Assembly (NCBI GenBank): GCA_043228905.1
Contig: JBHGNT010000017.1
Location: 12,276,001-12,340,000, forward strand
Source of the DNA: Azolla caroliniana
Lineage: Eukaryota; Plantae; Polypodiophyta
DNA: 64,000 bases
Direction of reading: 5' to 3'
In this document: positions 24,745-39,899 of the stretch, one piece after another
Numbering within the stretch: the first letter of the stretch is position 1
Layout: each line of letters opens with the position of its first letter
Notes under the pieces: model-generated
The model's database searches: none
Told to the model about the DNA's origin: nothing
What the model saw: only the letters and a program-made list of their open reading frames with translations
Program-made: the position numbers and the translations under genes

Positions 24745-27700
24745 CTCTCTTTTCTGTTTGGGGAGGACAAAACCTCCCCAATGTCAAAGAAATGGTCTGC
24801 TAAAACTTCCTTGACTCTCTCTCTCAAGACGTTGATATATCTTTCTTTCTTTCTTTCTTTCTCTCTCTCTCTCTGTCTCTGTCTTTGTAGTTTGTATATA
24901 TATATACATATTGTACATAAATATATATATATGTATGACATACATACATACGTGATACAAGACACACATATATAATAGATATATACATATGTACATACAT
25001 GGAGAAAGAGCGAGAGAGATCTAAACCTTTTTGCGTTACTTTATTCGAACGCTCATCCCTTTTTTTCACCAAGCGAATATTTATGATTCCCTGATTCTCT
25101 CGGCTTGTTCTCGTTAGCTAAACATTTGGTAAACTCCCTCCCTCCCTATTTACAGAGCGGTTGGTATACGTCGCTATGACATTACCATTTCTACCCATTC
25201 CCTACATTATTGCAGTGGTGGTGCCAACATACCTCATCTTCTGTTCCACCTCTTTAGAAAACATAGTTAGTTCATACTTTGTGTACTAACTACATGTTTC
25301 AACTAAACATTTATGCTACACTTCTATGATATGATATATGTATACTCTTGCTATAGTTATCATGCTTGTCCGTCCACATTTGACAATTGGGAGGTACAGG
25401 AAATTGCATTTTCAGCTATCGTCTGATCTGATTTTCAACTCAGAAGCTTGAATTGGTTTGGAACCAATATATCTTTTTTATTTTCAACACGTGTGGTTGA
25501 ATTGGTTTCAAACCAAAAATATCTTTATTTGGCTCAAATGCTTTTCGGTGTTTTCTAGGCTTTATATCACATGTTTGAAACTTTTTGAGAGTATCACAAG
25601 CAAATAGTTAATAGGATAAGACACAGTGAGAAACAGAAGGGAGAGAGAGACAAGACACAGAATTTTTTACACGTCCATGAAAGACCAATTGTGGTCTATG
25701 AGATGGGGCCTAGCCCTTGGACTTCGCTTCTCTATGTTTTATGACTTTTAATGATAGAGAGAGAGAGAGAGAGAGACAAAGACTAACATCCCCTCCATCC
25801 CAAAATAATTGAGATTACTACTCTTTCTCCACATTGGCATTCATGTAGCGAGTCAAAGTCACATTGGTGAGATTTCTATGGGCAGGGACATCCAAATCCA
25901 TTCAATTTAATTCTACAACCATTCCTATTTAGTGCGCTAAGATAATATATGCCACTCTGCTCATTATCATTGTTTAAGAAGGATATCATTCTGATCAAAC
26001 ACCAAACTCACTTAGCTTGCAAATAGTTCATCATGAACGTATATTAAAGTTGGTCTATGAAGTTGATTCCTCGACTAATTTTTGGAAGGGAGTTGCACCT
26101 TGTCTAAGCATCTAGATACATGGGATGTAACAACCAACCCATGATGTCTACAAGGAGCAACAATTGATGATGACTTGAATGATTACCATCATATTAAAAT
26201 ATTTTCTTGCATAATAGAAGTGCAATCACTACAAAACATAAACAACTGCAGCTTTAAAAGTTTTGAAGTAAAAAATTATGGTTATGCAATAATAAAGATA
26301 AAAATCTAGAGGGAACTAATAAAGCTTGAAGTTTATATGAGTATGACATCACAACTTTTAAGTCTAGCAATTTAATATAACACTAGATGTCAAATCATAA
26401 ATAATCTAACTAATGACTTTATATTGCATTACAAGCTGAAATACAATATGAGAGCAAAAAATAACAATTGACTTTATAGAATATAGTGACAAGAAGTTAG
26501 AAATATTGCTAATTCTATTTAACAAGTTATTCTTTAGTAGATTCATCTTCTCTTGAATTCACAAAGTCTTAATGAGAAATATTTCAATGATAACATCAAA
26601 CAAAGGGAAACTGTTGTTGTGCGACTCATATACTATTATTATCCGACTAGTAACATGACATGCATAATGAGTGAATAAGAATTTGTGGGTAGAAACATGA
26701 AAGATACACATGCATAAAGCATGGGATTAACGAGACATGCATTAATCATGAACTACAACATCCAATTGTCATCATGGGTAATGAATGGTGTCAACTACCA
26801 CAAATCATTTTCAATATTCACCATCGATCCACAATATCTCTTTAGATTTTGCCCCTTTAAAGCAATATTAAACTTAACCTTAATGCTACGGAAGCAAGGT
26901 TATGTCAACAATCAATATTCTAGATTAAATTTTTATCATTACACAAATATACCATCATCAATTTGAAGAGTGATAAAGGTGCTATCATAGGAAGGATTAT
27001 ATATTGATAGTTTTTTCTTATGTGAGTGTGTTTTCATAAGCATACAACCATGAATGACACCATCTACGTTACAGAGAGGTATGATGTTCTATGAAGTGAA
27101 AGGAGGACAAATGACGATTGCTTTATCTTTGAAACTTAATCTTTACTTGTTTAGAAAGAGTTTAAAATTTTTATGAGATGTTAACACTTGCTCATCCAAC
27201 ACCTATGACATTGGCTATTTCCACAACGGTTCCCACCATCCAAACTATGTCCACATCATCATCGTCGTCGCAACTCCAACCTTTAAAAACATCATATATG
27301 ATGTGAAAACTAGCATCTCTCTTCCCAAATCTACCTATGTACATGATCATTGTACAACAAATAGTTAACAATTATGACAGTGTACAATATATAAGTGAAA
27401 GTGGTCAATGACAATTTGAATTACGGAATTAGTTTGACCATGTAAAGAATCATATATGATTCTGTGCAGTAGAAGAGATGTGGGTTATGTGCTTGTGTGT
27501 GTGGAAAGAGGAGAGGAGAGGAGAGAAACACAAGATAGATAAGAGAAAATGTTGCATTTAGTACAAAAATGTTGCATTTAGTACAAAAATGTTGCATTAC
27601 AAGGAGCAACAACCAACACTTTATGAAGTAGGAGGAGGGTGCTTTATATAAGGTCACCCTCTCTCTTTATTAACTCACTACAACGTCCACTTTCTCTCTA

Positions 27701-27764
27701 GAACCTTGGGGCATGTGAAGACTCATTAGTCGTGGGGAATATGGAACTCATTAGTTATGTGTCA

Positions 27765-28340
27765 TAGAATAGAGGCAGTTGTCGGATTTTGACATACTAA
27801 AGCCGATTCGATGAAGATATTGTGTTATCTTCGAATGCCAAGCACGTGGTGCTTGCTTAAGGCCATAGAGTGGCTTCTTTGGTTGACAAACGACTTTCGA
27901 ATGAATGTTGGATTTGAAGTCGAGTGGTTGTACCATGTACACCTCTTCTAATTTGCCTTGAAGAAAGGCATTCTTGACGTCCATTTGATGGAGGTGCCAC
28001 CTTTTTGCCGCTGCAAGTGCAATCACGGTCTTCACAGTCGCCATCTTTGCCGCCGAGGCAAAGGTCTCTTCATAGTCGACTCCATGTGTTTGTGCGTATC
28101 CTTTCACTACGAGTCGGGCTTTGTAGTGGTTGACAGAGCCATCGACATTATACTTCACTTTGTAAATCCACCTACAGCCGATCGCGTGTGGTGAGTGGGG
28201 AATGAGATCCCATGTCTCGTTCTTGCATAGTTCCTGCATCTTCTCGTTCATTGCTTCGACCCATCGTGGATCCTTGGCTACTTTGGAAAGAAATTCCGGT
28301 TCTCGAACTGCTGGCACCTTCATCATAAAGGCATAGTGAG
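27765..28340 (-). pseudogene. Ty1/copia RT fragment
   Basis: [28 protein letters not shown] and LYGLKQAPRAW. Confidence 0.9.
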
Positions 28341-29636
28341 TGTGTGTGAGAGAGAGAGCAGACAACAAAACTTAGATTAAAAAATAATCAACACTATGTA
28401 CATGCAATGTGCTTAGTGAGCACAATTTATACAAGTCCTCAAAAGTAGTGACAGGTACTTCAATGCTCATAAATGAGCTACTAACACTAACACCTAAAAT
28501 ATTCCTACAAGGAATATAGGTCCTAACGCCCCCCCCCCCCCCCCCCCCCCGATCTGGTTCCGGACTTCTTCAACCGATCCAGGCCTAACCCATCGGTTTC
28601 CATCCGCTCAACACTCCTCCTCATGCTAAACTTGAGGTCGGTCCCTTGTGTTAGCATCCGCTGATTCTTGCACTCGACATTTCCTAACTTCTTCTCACCT
28701 CGCTCGCGCTCCTTGTTCGTGCACCTCGACCCCTACAGTTAGCATGTTTGCTCTTCAGGCCACTATCAGCTCCCTCACTCTTGCAGCATTAGCGCCCCTT
28801 GATTCGGTAGTTCTTTCGTATTGGCGTCAGTTTCGGCTGCCCTTTCGTTCGCTTGGCCTTCATGTGATTTGGCTCGTCCGAATTATACCACTTGACCGAA
28901 TCAGCTCCTCGATACTCGGCCTCGGTGCTCGACAGTGCAACTGTCAGCTGCTTTTTATTGCTCCGGGTGATCGTGACGCTTCCCAGTGAAAATGCAAACC
29001 CTTATGTAGACTTGCGATCGTTGGCATTTCCGGCCCAATTGACGTCTGTGTGCCCGACCAACTCTTCGGCTACACCAATTTGATATAGCAACGCCCTAAC
29101 CTTAGTGTTGCTGACATATCTCAGGATCCTATGTGCACACTGAAGGTGTTCGGTCTTCGGTTGCAACATAAATTGACTGATTAGAGTGATTGGATACCTG
29201 AGGTCTGACCGGGTAATGGTCAAATATATAAGGCTTCTGACAATCTATCGAAACCATGTTGGATCACACACCATTCCCGATTCGGGGTAAGGCTTCACAT
29301 TTCTGTCCAGAGGAGTTGCGATTGATTTACAATCTATCATCCTGGACTTGAAGAGCATACTCAACACATAATGTCATTAGTTTATCAATATGCCTTCTAG
29401 GGTGCAGATCACTTCGATCCTGAGGAAGTAATGAAGGTCCCCTCAATCCTTCATGTTGAATGATGCCGTAAGTTGGGACTTGACGCGACCGATTTCTTTG
29501 AGGTTGGTGTCAGCGATGACTAAATCATCAATATACATCCGGATAAAAAGTGAGGAGTCTGATTTCAACGTAGAAAATCCCATCTGACGCCCAACGCAGT
29601 CGATGCGTGATCTTCACATTTCAAGCACACGGGGTT

Positions 29637-32600
29637 TGCAAAGAATGGCGTGCGGAAGCAATATAGGAAAACCAAACAACAGAAAACGTAGGTTTAATGG
29701 AAAGCTTAGGTTTGCACAGTACGCACAAGAGAGACAGAGAGAGTAACACAAGAACTTAATTTCGAAAATAATACTCAATCTGTACATAGGATGTGCTCAG
29801 TGAGCACTTTTATACAAGCCCTGACAATGGGCTGACACAAGTACTGACAGTACTTGACTGCTCATAAATGAGCCTCGACACTTACTCCCAAAACTATTCC
29901 TTACGAGGAATATCTTTCTAACGACCTTTCGGTCTACGCACCGATACGACCTTTCTACGCACCGGTATGCGTACTGGTTTTGTGCACCCAGTCTACGCAC
30001 TGGTTACGCATCGTATTATGCACAAATGTTGAGCTTGTCTCTCAACACTCCCCCTCAAGCTCAACTTGAGGTTCCGCCTGTTCTGCCGGACCTACGCTCC
30101 GGCTTCTCCTAGCTCCACGCCTCGCTTGCGCTCCTCGGCCTGTTCGACTCTGCGCGCTTCGACCCTTCTAGCCGGCTTGTCTGCTCCCACGGCCCTTTGC
30201 AGGTCCCTTCCTGTCCCGGTGTTGGCGCTTCTCCTGCTGCCTTCTTTTCCACTTGGCCCTCAGTTGATTCAGTGTATCTGAATCAAATATCCGAACCGAC
30301 TCGGCTACCTCCGATCGGTTTTCGCTCTTGTTCGAGTTGGCTGTTTCAAACTCGTCTCCGGTCTTCTCGCCTTCCCCATGCCTGGTTGGCTTTGGCTCTT
30401 TCTTTCGGCTGCTCCCCTTGTGTCCGCTTTCAGACTCTTCCGCGGATCCGCTCTCGGCTTCTTCAGCCGATCCGAGGTCTTTTCCGCTCCTTTCCTACTC
30501 CCTTTCGTGGTCATCTGGGACGTTTCTCCCCCTCAAGTTTGGCACGTCGAAGTGACGCAACCCAAGCGCACCCGAAAATTGCCGCAACTTGTCCAGACCA
30601 AGAGGCTTGGTGAAGATGTCAACGGTCTGTCGATCCGTCGGAACATATTGAAGTTCGACTTCACCAGAAAGGACACGCTCACGGACAAAATGGTAGTGCA
30701 CCTCAATGTGCTTGGTCCGTGCGTGGAAGTCGGGGTTCTTTGCGAGTTCGATACTGCTGAGGTTGTCGCAGTAGATCGTCATTGGATCGGACACCTCCAC
30801 CTGCAAATCCTTAAGTAGCCGCTTCAACCATATGGCTTCGCATGTTGCGACAACCGCTCCTCTATACTCGGCTTCGGTGCTCGACAATGCAACAGTCGGC
30901 TGCTTCTTGCTACTTCATGCCATCGCGGCACTCCCAAGAGAGAATGCATGTCCGGATGTGGATCGGCGATCGGCGACATTGCCAGCCCAGTCGGCATCAG
31001 TGTAGCCGACCAACTGCGGGGCTGTATCGGCCTGATATAGCAGTCCGCAGTCCTTAGTGCCGCTTACATACCGCAGTACGCGTTGCGCACACTGAAGGTG
31101 CTCCTCGGTAGGTCGCGCCATGAACTGACTGATCACCCCGACCGGATAACTGAGATCGGGTCGGGTGATGGCCAAGTAGATAAGGCTTCCGACAACTTGT
31201 CGGAACCTTGTCGGATCGCAAACCTTACCGGATTTGGGGCGAAGCTTGACAGTTCTGTCTAGAGGAGTCGAGACGGACTTACAATCTGCCATCCCGAATT
31301 TGAAGAGCATATTCAGCGCGTAATGACGTTGGCTGATTAGTATGCCTTTGGGGGTGCGGATCACATCGATCCCGAGGAAGTAATGAAGGTCCCCCAGATC
31401 CTTCATGTCGAATGATGCCGCAAGCTGGAGCTTCACACGGTTGATCTCACCTAGGTCGGCGTCGGTGATGACCAAGTCATCAACATAGAGTAAAATACTG
31501 ACTTGCCCAAGTCGACCTTTCCGAATGAACAACGAGGAGTCCGATTTTGACGTCGCAAAGCCCATCTGACGTAGCCGATGAGTGATTTTTGCATTCCAGG
31601 CACGCGGGGCTTGCTTCATTCCGTAAAGGGACTTCTTCAACCGGCATACTGCCGACATGTTCGGTCCGGAGTGAAATCCGGGGGGCTGTACCATGTACAC
31701 TTGGTCCTCAAGCTCACCTTGCAGGAATGCATTCTTTACATCCATCTGATGTAGGTGCCACCCCTTGGCCGCAGCTACTGCGAGCAAAACACGGACGGTC
31801 GTCATCTTTGCGACCGACGCAAACGTCTCATCATAGTCAATGCCGTGTTTCTGCGCATAGCCTTTTGCCACTAACCAGGCCTTGTATCGGTCGACCGAGC
31901 CGTCAGTGTTGTACTTGACCTTGTACACCCACCTACATCCAATCGGCTTCACACCCTTCGGTGCGTCAACCAGGTCCCAAGTCTCGTTTTCCGCCAATGC
32001 GTGCATCTCTTCCTCCATCGCGGCACGCCAATTCGCGTCCTTCACCGCTTCTGCGTAGCTCCCTGGCTCACGCGCTTCCGCTATACGGGTCATGTACGCA
32101 TAGTGATGTGCCATGTACTCGTTGTATCCAAACCGCACAACTGGATTCTTTTGGTGGGTAGATCGGCGTAATCGGTCATTTTCCGATGTCGAGGTCTTCT
32201 CGGCCGACGTGGACTTCATTCCTGAAGGCCCATCGCCGCTTCCCTCGGAGTCGGACTCGCGTTGGTCTGACTCGTTCCTATCCGTGCCGGAATCCAACAT
32301 CTTCTTCTTCCCTTTCTCTTCGCGCGTAAGCCGTCTCCTCGGCTTCCTACGCGGGGAATGCACGGCCGAGTCTCCACTACTCGTCGGCTCTTCATCGGAC
32401 TGGTCGTACCGACTCAGTCGTCCATTCGGTCCACTTAATTGAAATGAAATCGGACTCTCTTCAGGGGTCCTGATTTCAGGCTCAGCCGGAGGCACTTCGT
32501 CTTCGCTGTCCGCATCGTCAGAACTCTGATTGGAGGTGAGATCCGGAGTTGGAGGCAAGTACCAGGACGCGGACTCATCAAACACAACGTCGCGGCTCAC

Positions 32601-35307
32601 GCACCGTTGTTTGATACGCGGGTTATAGCACTTATAACCCTTCTGCTCGTCCGAATAGCCGACCAGGATACACTTCTCGGCTTTTGCGTCCAACTTCCTC
32701 CTTTTCTCCTTCGGCACATGTACATACGTAATGCTACCGAAAACACGTAAATGTCGCAAGTTCGGCTTTGTTCCAAAGTATAGCTCGTGCGCCGACACTT
32801 TTTCTCCGATCTGGTTCTGGATGTATACCGCAGTTCTTACCGCCTCAGCCCAATAGAACTTGGGCAAGCTCTTCTCCTCCAGCATTGCGCGTGCAGCTTC
32901 CACAACTGACCGATTTTTTCTCTCGGCCATGCCGTTTTGCTCTGGCATGTATCTACAACTGAATTCGCGCGGAATTCCCATTTGTTGTAGATAACTGTTG
33001 AATTGACTGGAAAAGTATTCGTTTCCGCGATCTGACCGCAGGCACTTGATCTTTCTTCCTGTTTCCGTTTCCACGAACCCTTTGAGGTCCTAGAAACAGT
33101 CGAAGGCTTCACTTTTCCTCTCAATGAGGTAGATCCACGTGTGCCGCGTGTAGTCGTCGATGAAGGAGACAAAATATCGGCTCCCGTCAAGACTAACGTT
33201 TTGTGCCGGCCCCCACACATCAGAGTGTATCACGTCTAGCTTGTTCCGGCTCCAATTACGCTCGTTTGGGAAAGGAAGTCGGTGTTGCTTCCCAAACTGG
33301 CAGGCTTCACAAATTTGTGCCTTCCGGCCACTAAATTTGGGCAATCCAAACACCACTTGTTTCGATTGCAGGTCTTGAAGCCACTGGTAGTTGACGTGGC
33401 CTATCTGTTTGTGCCATAAGTCGATGTCCGACTCGACTTTTTGTCCCTTCGCAAACATTGCGGTGCCACCGTCAGTAGAGTCGAGGATAAACATCCTCCC
33501 ATCTCTGCGCCCTTGCGCGATAATACGGCCTTCTTCCTCAATGAAGCACCCAAGATGCGTAAACCGAACCTGCATCCCCTGGTCGACGATCTGCCCGACC
33601 GACACCAGATTCTTCGTGATGGTCGGGATGTGTAACACGTTCATAAGTTTCCCTTTCTGCCCTACATGGCTCAATGGAACTTCATCGACATTCGCGATCG
33701 GATGCGGAGTGTCGTCTCCAGTTGCGACTACTCCTGGTTGCGTCGGTTTCTCAAGGTATGAGAACCACTCCTTGTGGCACATCATGTGGTTTGACGCGCC
33801 GGAGTCGACATACCACACCTCGTCTGATTTTGGGGCGGACTGTTTCATTGAGTTTGCTTCGTGTCTCGTCACGAAGACTGACCCTTTTCCGGCTTTTCCG
33901 GATCCTTCAGCGTAGTGCGATCGCTGCCGATTTCCTTTGTCGGTATGTCTGGAACCAGACCTCTCCGACTCGGTGCGCTTCTTCCAGCACTCGCTCTCCC
34001 TGTGGCCTTTCTTGCCACAGTACCAGCATTCCGTGGCGGATTTTCCTTTCTGGTTCTCGTCGCCTCGACTCCCCCTGTTTCCGGAGGGTCCGGAATTGCT
34101 GTCGGCATCACTTCGGTGCATTCTTCCTTGATCCCGTCGGCCGCTTCCATTGCTTACCGACTCGCCTCGTCCGCCACGACCACGGGGCCTTTCTCCCTCT
34201 GTGTACAACATCTTGTTGTCGGTGTGCGTGCTCGTTGACGCACCCGCATGGTTCTCCTCTACCAGGAGCATCGACTGTAAGTCGAAAAAGGACGACGTAT
34301 TCTCCCGGGTACACACTGTAGTTCAGAACGCCCCGAACTTCGACGCCAAACCTCCGAGACAGACCTGGACCATCTCGCTTTCCTCGATGTTCACATCGAT
34401 TAAAGCTAAGGAGTCGCATATGTCCTTAATCCTCGAGGTATAGTTAGCCACCGACAAATCACGTTGTCGTAGGTTGTTCAACTCCTGTCGAAGCTGAAGC
34501 TTCCTGGCTGTGGTGCTCGCGGCGAAAATCTTCTTTTGATTATCCCATGCACCCTTAGGCGTTTTTGCATCCCGAACGTAGCTTAGCAGCTATTCACCCA
34601 CACAAGACACGAAGCAGTATAGCACTCTGCTCGCCGATTGTTCCCATGCTGGGAAGTCTTTGTGTGTCGAATCGGGTGTTGTGTCATTTGCTCCATCGAC
34701 ATAGCTCCAGTAACCATGTCCGAGCAGGTACTGGTGCATCTTGTAGGACCAAGATGCGTAGTTGGTTCTGTCGAGCTTCTCTGTTGGAAGCGAGCTAGCC
34801 ATTCCTCTGTCCATTGGTTTTCTTGTTCTTCTTCGTTGGTTTTTCCTTCAAGCAAAGTCAGTTGCAGAGGTTCTCAACCCTCACACTCTGATACCATGCA
34901 AAGAATGGCGTGCGGAAGCAATATAGGAAAACCAAACAACAGAAAACACAGGTTTAATGGAAAGCTTAGGTTTGCACAGTACGCACAAGAGAGACAGAGA
35001 GAGTAACACAAGAACTTAAATTCGAAAATAATACTCAATCTGTACATAGGATGTGCTCAGTGAGCACTTTTATACAAGCCCTGACAATGGGCTGACACAA
35101 GTACTGACAGTACTTGACTGCTCATAAATGAGCCTCGACACTTACTCCCAAAACTATTCCTTACGAGGAATATCTTTCTAATGGCCTTTCGGTCTACGCA
35201 CCGATATGGCCTTTCTACGCACCGGTCTGCGTACCGGTTTTGTGCACCCAGTCTACGCACTGGTTACGCATCGTATTACGCACAAATGTTGAGCTTGTCT
35301 CTCAACA
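29637..35307 (-). mobile_element. Full-length Ty1/copia retrotransposon
   Basis: 411-bp LTRs at 29637-30047 and 34897-35307 (about 10 differences by eye), PBS TGGTATCAGAG, PPT, and gag-pol with few stops (ORFs of 719 aa and 408 aa). TSD is imperfect. Confidence 0.97.
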
Positions 35308-36328
35308 GTTTGCTTTAGTCCATAGAGGGACTTCATCAGTCTGCAAACAACCGACGTATTCAATCCGGATTGAAAACCAAAAGACTGCACCATGTATACT
35401 TGTTCCTCAAGCTCTCGTTGCAAGAACACCTTCTTTACGTCCATTTGGGGTAAGTGTCATCCCTTCGCAGCTACTACTGCCAACAACACTCGGACGGTTG
35501 TCATCTTGGCAACTAGTGTGAATGTCTCCTCGTAGTCTATGTCGTGTTGTTACACATAGGCCTTGCCCACCAATGGGGTATTGTACCGGTTGACTGAGCC
35601 GTCAACGTTGTACTTGACTTTGTATACCCACCTCCATTCAATCGGCTTCACACCCTTGGGGGCGTCAACCAAGTCCCATGTTTCGTTTTCCGCTAGTGCG
35701 TGCATCTTTTCCTCCATAGCGGCACGCCATTTTGCATCTTTCGCCGCCTCTATGTAGCTCTCCATCTCATGCACTTCCGCCATCTTCGCCATATACGCAT
35801 AATGATGTGCCATATAGTCGTTGTACCCTTACCGAAGTACAGGGTTCTTCTGGCGGGTCTATCGACGCAACTTCTGCTTTGCCAATTTCACATCCCTCTT
35901 GGCTAACTCCGTCCTCATCCCCAGAGGTTCATCGTCGCTCCCAATCGCTTCAGATTTACTCCGGTTTGATGTGTTGGCCTCTATGCCGTATTCCGACATC
36001 TTCATTTTCTTTTTCTCATTGTGTGTAAACTGTCTTCTAGATTTTTGGAACAGGGATTGCACTACTGAATCTCAACTACTCGTCGGCTCCTCATCTGACT
36101 AGTCATTCCGACTTAGTGTCTCATTCCGCCCACTTAGCTGAAATGAGATCAGACTCTCTTCTATAATTCCGATGTCTCCCTTGTTTAGATAGTTGGTCTC
36201 ACTGGCCTTACCTCCAACAATCTGTTGGGAGTCTTTGGGGGTCGGAGATGGAAGGGAGTACCAAGATGACGATTCGTCAAAGACGACGTCATGACTCACT
36301 CAAACAAATTTCGTTCAGGGGTTATAAC

Positions 36329-37189
36329 TGACAGGAGCTGCACGCTCCCTATACGCAACGCTCGGCCACAACTGAGCTTAGAATCATACACAGAAAACGG
36401 GAAATAGATGCACGACACAAAGAAGAGAAGAGTACACAGGATGTTCACGTGGAAAACCCCAACCGAGGGAAAAAACCACGGCAGCCCACAGGCTGCAAAC
36501 TATCACTATGTTAGAATGTACAACAGTGAGTTCACGGAGGCAACGACCTCGTGCTCACGATCTTCGCCACAGGCGACGGTTTCAACAGAGGCAACAACCT
36601 CTTTCTCTCTCTCTCTCTCTGTACACGGTTACATGCTCTCTCTCTTCTTGCACCAACAAGAATAACAACAACTCTAAAAGTTTGCCCTAAGTCATATTTA
36701 TACTAATATGACTTTTCGGCTATTTACAAATATAGCCATGATGGACTCTCAGAAACATATTTACGAATATGTGTCTTCATCCGGTGAACACTCCTCACCG
36801 GGTCTGCACCATCCGGCTCTCCGTAGCCGGGTACTCCTCATCCGGTTCTCACCGGGTCTGCACCATCCGGCTCTCCGTAGCCGGGTACTCCCCATCCGGT
36901 TCTCACCGGGTCTGCAACATCCGGCTCTCCGTAGCTGGGTACTCCTCATCCGGTTCTCACCGGGTCTGCAACATCCGGCTCTCCGTAGCCGGGTACTCCT
37001 CATCCGGTTCTCACCGGGTCTGCACCATCCGGCTCTCCGTAGCCGGGTACTCCCCATCCGGTTCTCACCAGGTCTGCACCATCCGGCTCTCCGTGGCCGG
37101 TTACTCCTCATCCGGTTTCGGCCTCGGCCGAGTTTGTTCATCAGCACTGTTCTTCTCCCTTCCCATCCGGAGGGACCTGTCTCCCAACA
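36329..37189. mobile_element. Solo LTR with internal 54-bp x6 tandem repeat (~36795-37115)
   Basis: TG..CA ends and 5-bp TSD ATAAC. Interrupts copia integrase. Homologous to 62464-63071. Confidence 0.9.
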
Positions 37190-39899
37190 ATAACACTTAT
37201 AACCCTTCTGCTTGTGTGAGAAGCCAATGAGGCTGCACTTCTCGACTTGCCATCTAGTTTTCTCCGCTTCTCGCCCGGCACATGCACATAAGCAATACTA
37301 CCGAACACCCCAAGAAGTCCCAAATTCGGCTTGTGCTCGAAATATAGCTCATGCGGTGACATCTTTGCTTCGGAGGTAGATATCCAATTCTATATGTAGA
37401 TGGCTGTCCGGATTGCTTCGGCCCACTAGACCCTGGGCATGCTCTAGCAATGGGCACGGTTTCAGCTCAAACCGAACCAAACTGTTAAATCGTGGCTTAA
37501 CGGTTTAAAATTAAACAATGAGTTTGGTTTGGTTTCGGTTCAGTTCAGTGTCATGAGAAGATGAAACCCCATTAGGTTTAGGGTGACTCAAACCTGTGAC
37601 CTCCTAAGGAGAAGCACTCACCTCTAGCCATTAAGTTATATATGTTGTACATAAAGATATTATAATTTACTTTATTATAATATTGGTAATGTAACCCTAT
37701 AAATATCCAAAGGGTGCCATGACCCTCCAATATCCCAAAGGGTGCCATGACCCTACAACATCCCAAAGGGTATCATGACCCTACAAACATCCAAGGGGCG
37801 CATACTACTCCTATATAAATAGGACATATTGTATTGTTAGAACCATTCTGGTTCAACACTAGTCTTTGGCAAATATTCTAGTTCTTGCTCTTGTATATTT
37901 TCCTATTATAATAAAATATAGTCATTGTTCTCTCTTTCTTTTCCTCTCAATCTTCTTTTGTCAAGCTCAGGCCTTTATGGTTTGAACCAGAATATCTTCT
38001 CTCTTTCTCTCTCTCTCTCTCTCTTCTTTCCTTCTTTTTTTTGAGAATCATATCAAGCGTTATCGTCGCCATGGAATCCGTTAGCAAACAAGAGTCTGTT
38101 CGAGTCATCTTTGAGCTCGAGCATCTCACAAATAAGTTTCTGGCTCTAGAGCAAGAGAATCAATGATTGCTTAGAGATTTACAACAAGTATGCATAGAAA
38201 AGGCGCAACAATATGACGAGTTATCAACATGTGTATTACAACTCGAAACAACATTGTGGTCTTTTCATCAACAAGCTTCGATGCAACAAAGCTCTCCCAA
38301 AGAACCAAAGATTTGTTTGCCCGTGTATTTCATATGCATCCTAATAGATATCCAATCGATACAACTCGAGTTGGACTAGTAGGAACCCTCTTAACAGGAA
38401 TGACATTAGCATGGTTTGCACCACTGCTAGAAACAAAACCTCCTCTCCTTCAAGACATTGAAGGTTTTAGTAAAGAATTTCAAGCAAACTTTGGAGACAC
38501 TGATAGTGTTAGAATGGCGATCAATAAAATTCGAAGACTGCGTCAAGGGGATCGTCTCGCCTCCGCATACGCCGCAGATTTTCGACTCCTAGCTTGTGAT
38601 ATTCCATGGGATGAAGAAGCATTAATGGATCAGTTTCGCCATGGACTACGAAATGATGTAAAAGATTGTGTAGGATCTATGTATCAATGGAGTTAACTCC
38701 TCGATGCTGTTTGCGGAGTTCGGACCGGCGTATACCCTTTTGATGGCGAATCGGGCGGAGATGGTTATCAGACACCTTCGAACCTCACACTCACTTAATG
38801 ATTAATAGATGATTAAGCACGATATCTCTCTCACTCTCTCAAGCTCTCTCTCACAGACAATAAGGGAATGAATTTAGACAATAAGAGTAATGAATATGTT
38901 TCCTAACCCTCTTTGCTAAGAGGTCTAACACCAACAAGGAAGAGAGACTAGTGTTCTCTAATTAAACACTTCACTAATCTCTCTTAAGCTTAAAGGTTAC
39001 AAGAAGGAGGAGAGGAAGCTCTAGCTCTTAATCAATAGGGATATCTATACAAATGGAAGAACCCTTACAAAGCCACCACCATGTGGTTTATATAGCATTT
39101 ACATTTAGGGTATGGACCTCTCACACTTGGGTGTCCCTTAGCCCTCTTTCCTCTTGTCATTCCCTCTTCGTAGGTCCTTTAGCCATACTACGTCCTTGTT
39201 GATGCGCTCTTCTTCATTATCGATCGTGGTGCAATCCAAGCGCTTAACATCCCTCCGAACCTAATGAGTGCACACTCCCGGGTGCATTGTGGGAGGGGAG
39301 CTTCGGGCGTCGGGGGCTGGTCGGTGGCGAGTTTGTGGGCTCACTGGACCGGTTGAGGATCGTGTGCCCACTTGAGGAACTCATTGGTGACTGTGTTGAT
39401 GGTGTCGGTGGAGGCGGTGTTACGAATCTGGGCGGGGTTGTATCTTGAGAGGAACCAGCTGACCAGCTTGGGAAGTACACCCCAAAGGCCAATCCCGAGG
39501 AAAAACATGAGGCCCGGTAGATACAATGGGTGTTGTTGAACGCGGCTTGAATTACCAAGGAGCCACAACCGGCGTCGGGGTAGTGCGCGTGGAGGAGCTT
39601 GGTGAATTGGGTGGACGCCATCAATTATAACTTGCTAGGACAAAGACTAGTATAGCCGTATGAGAGTGTACCAATTCTTACACTCCTTGGCCCTTGTCTA
39701 CATAGCAATACAACCGATGATTAGTGTATTTATCAATTGTTATGAATGAATTATTTTGATTAGTTATAATTATTATAATTGAAAGTAGTATGAGGTGTTT
39801 GGAGGGATGGCGAGATTTATATTTATATTTAAAAGGGACAGATGGGTTAGTGTCTAGGTTGTGTTTGGGTGGCGGGGGCCTCTCGGTGGACTGGGGGTG

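Noticed and set aside
28528-28550. Long poly-C run
   Set aside because: Homopolymer inside a decayed LTR. Likely slippage or sequencing error.
36708-37230. ORFs of 128-161 aa with repeated peptides
   Set aside because: By-product of a 54-bp tandem repeat inside a solo LTR.
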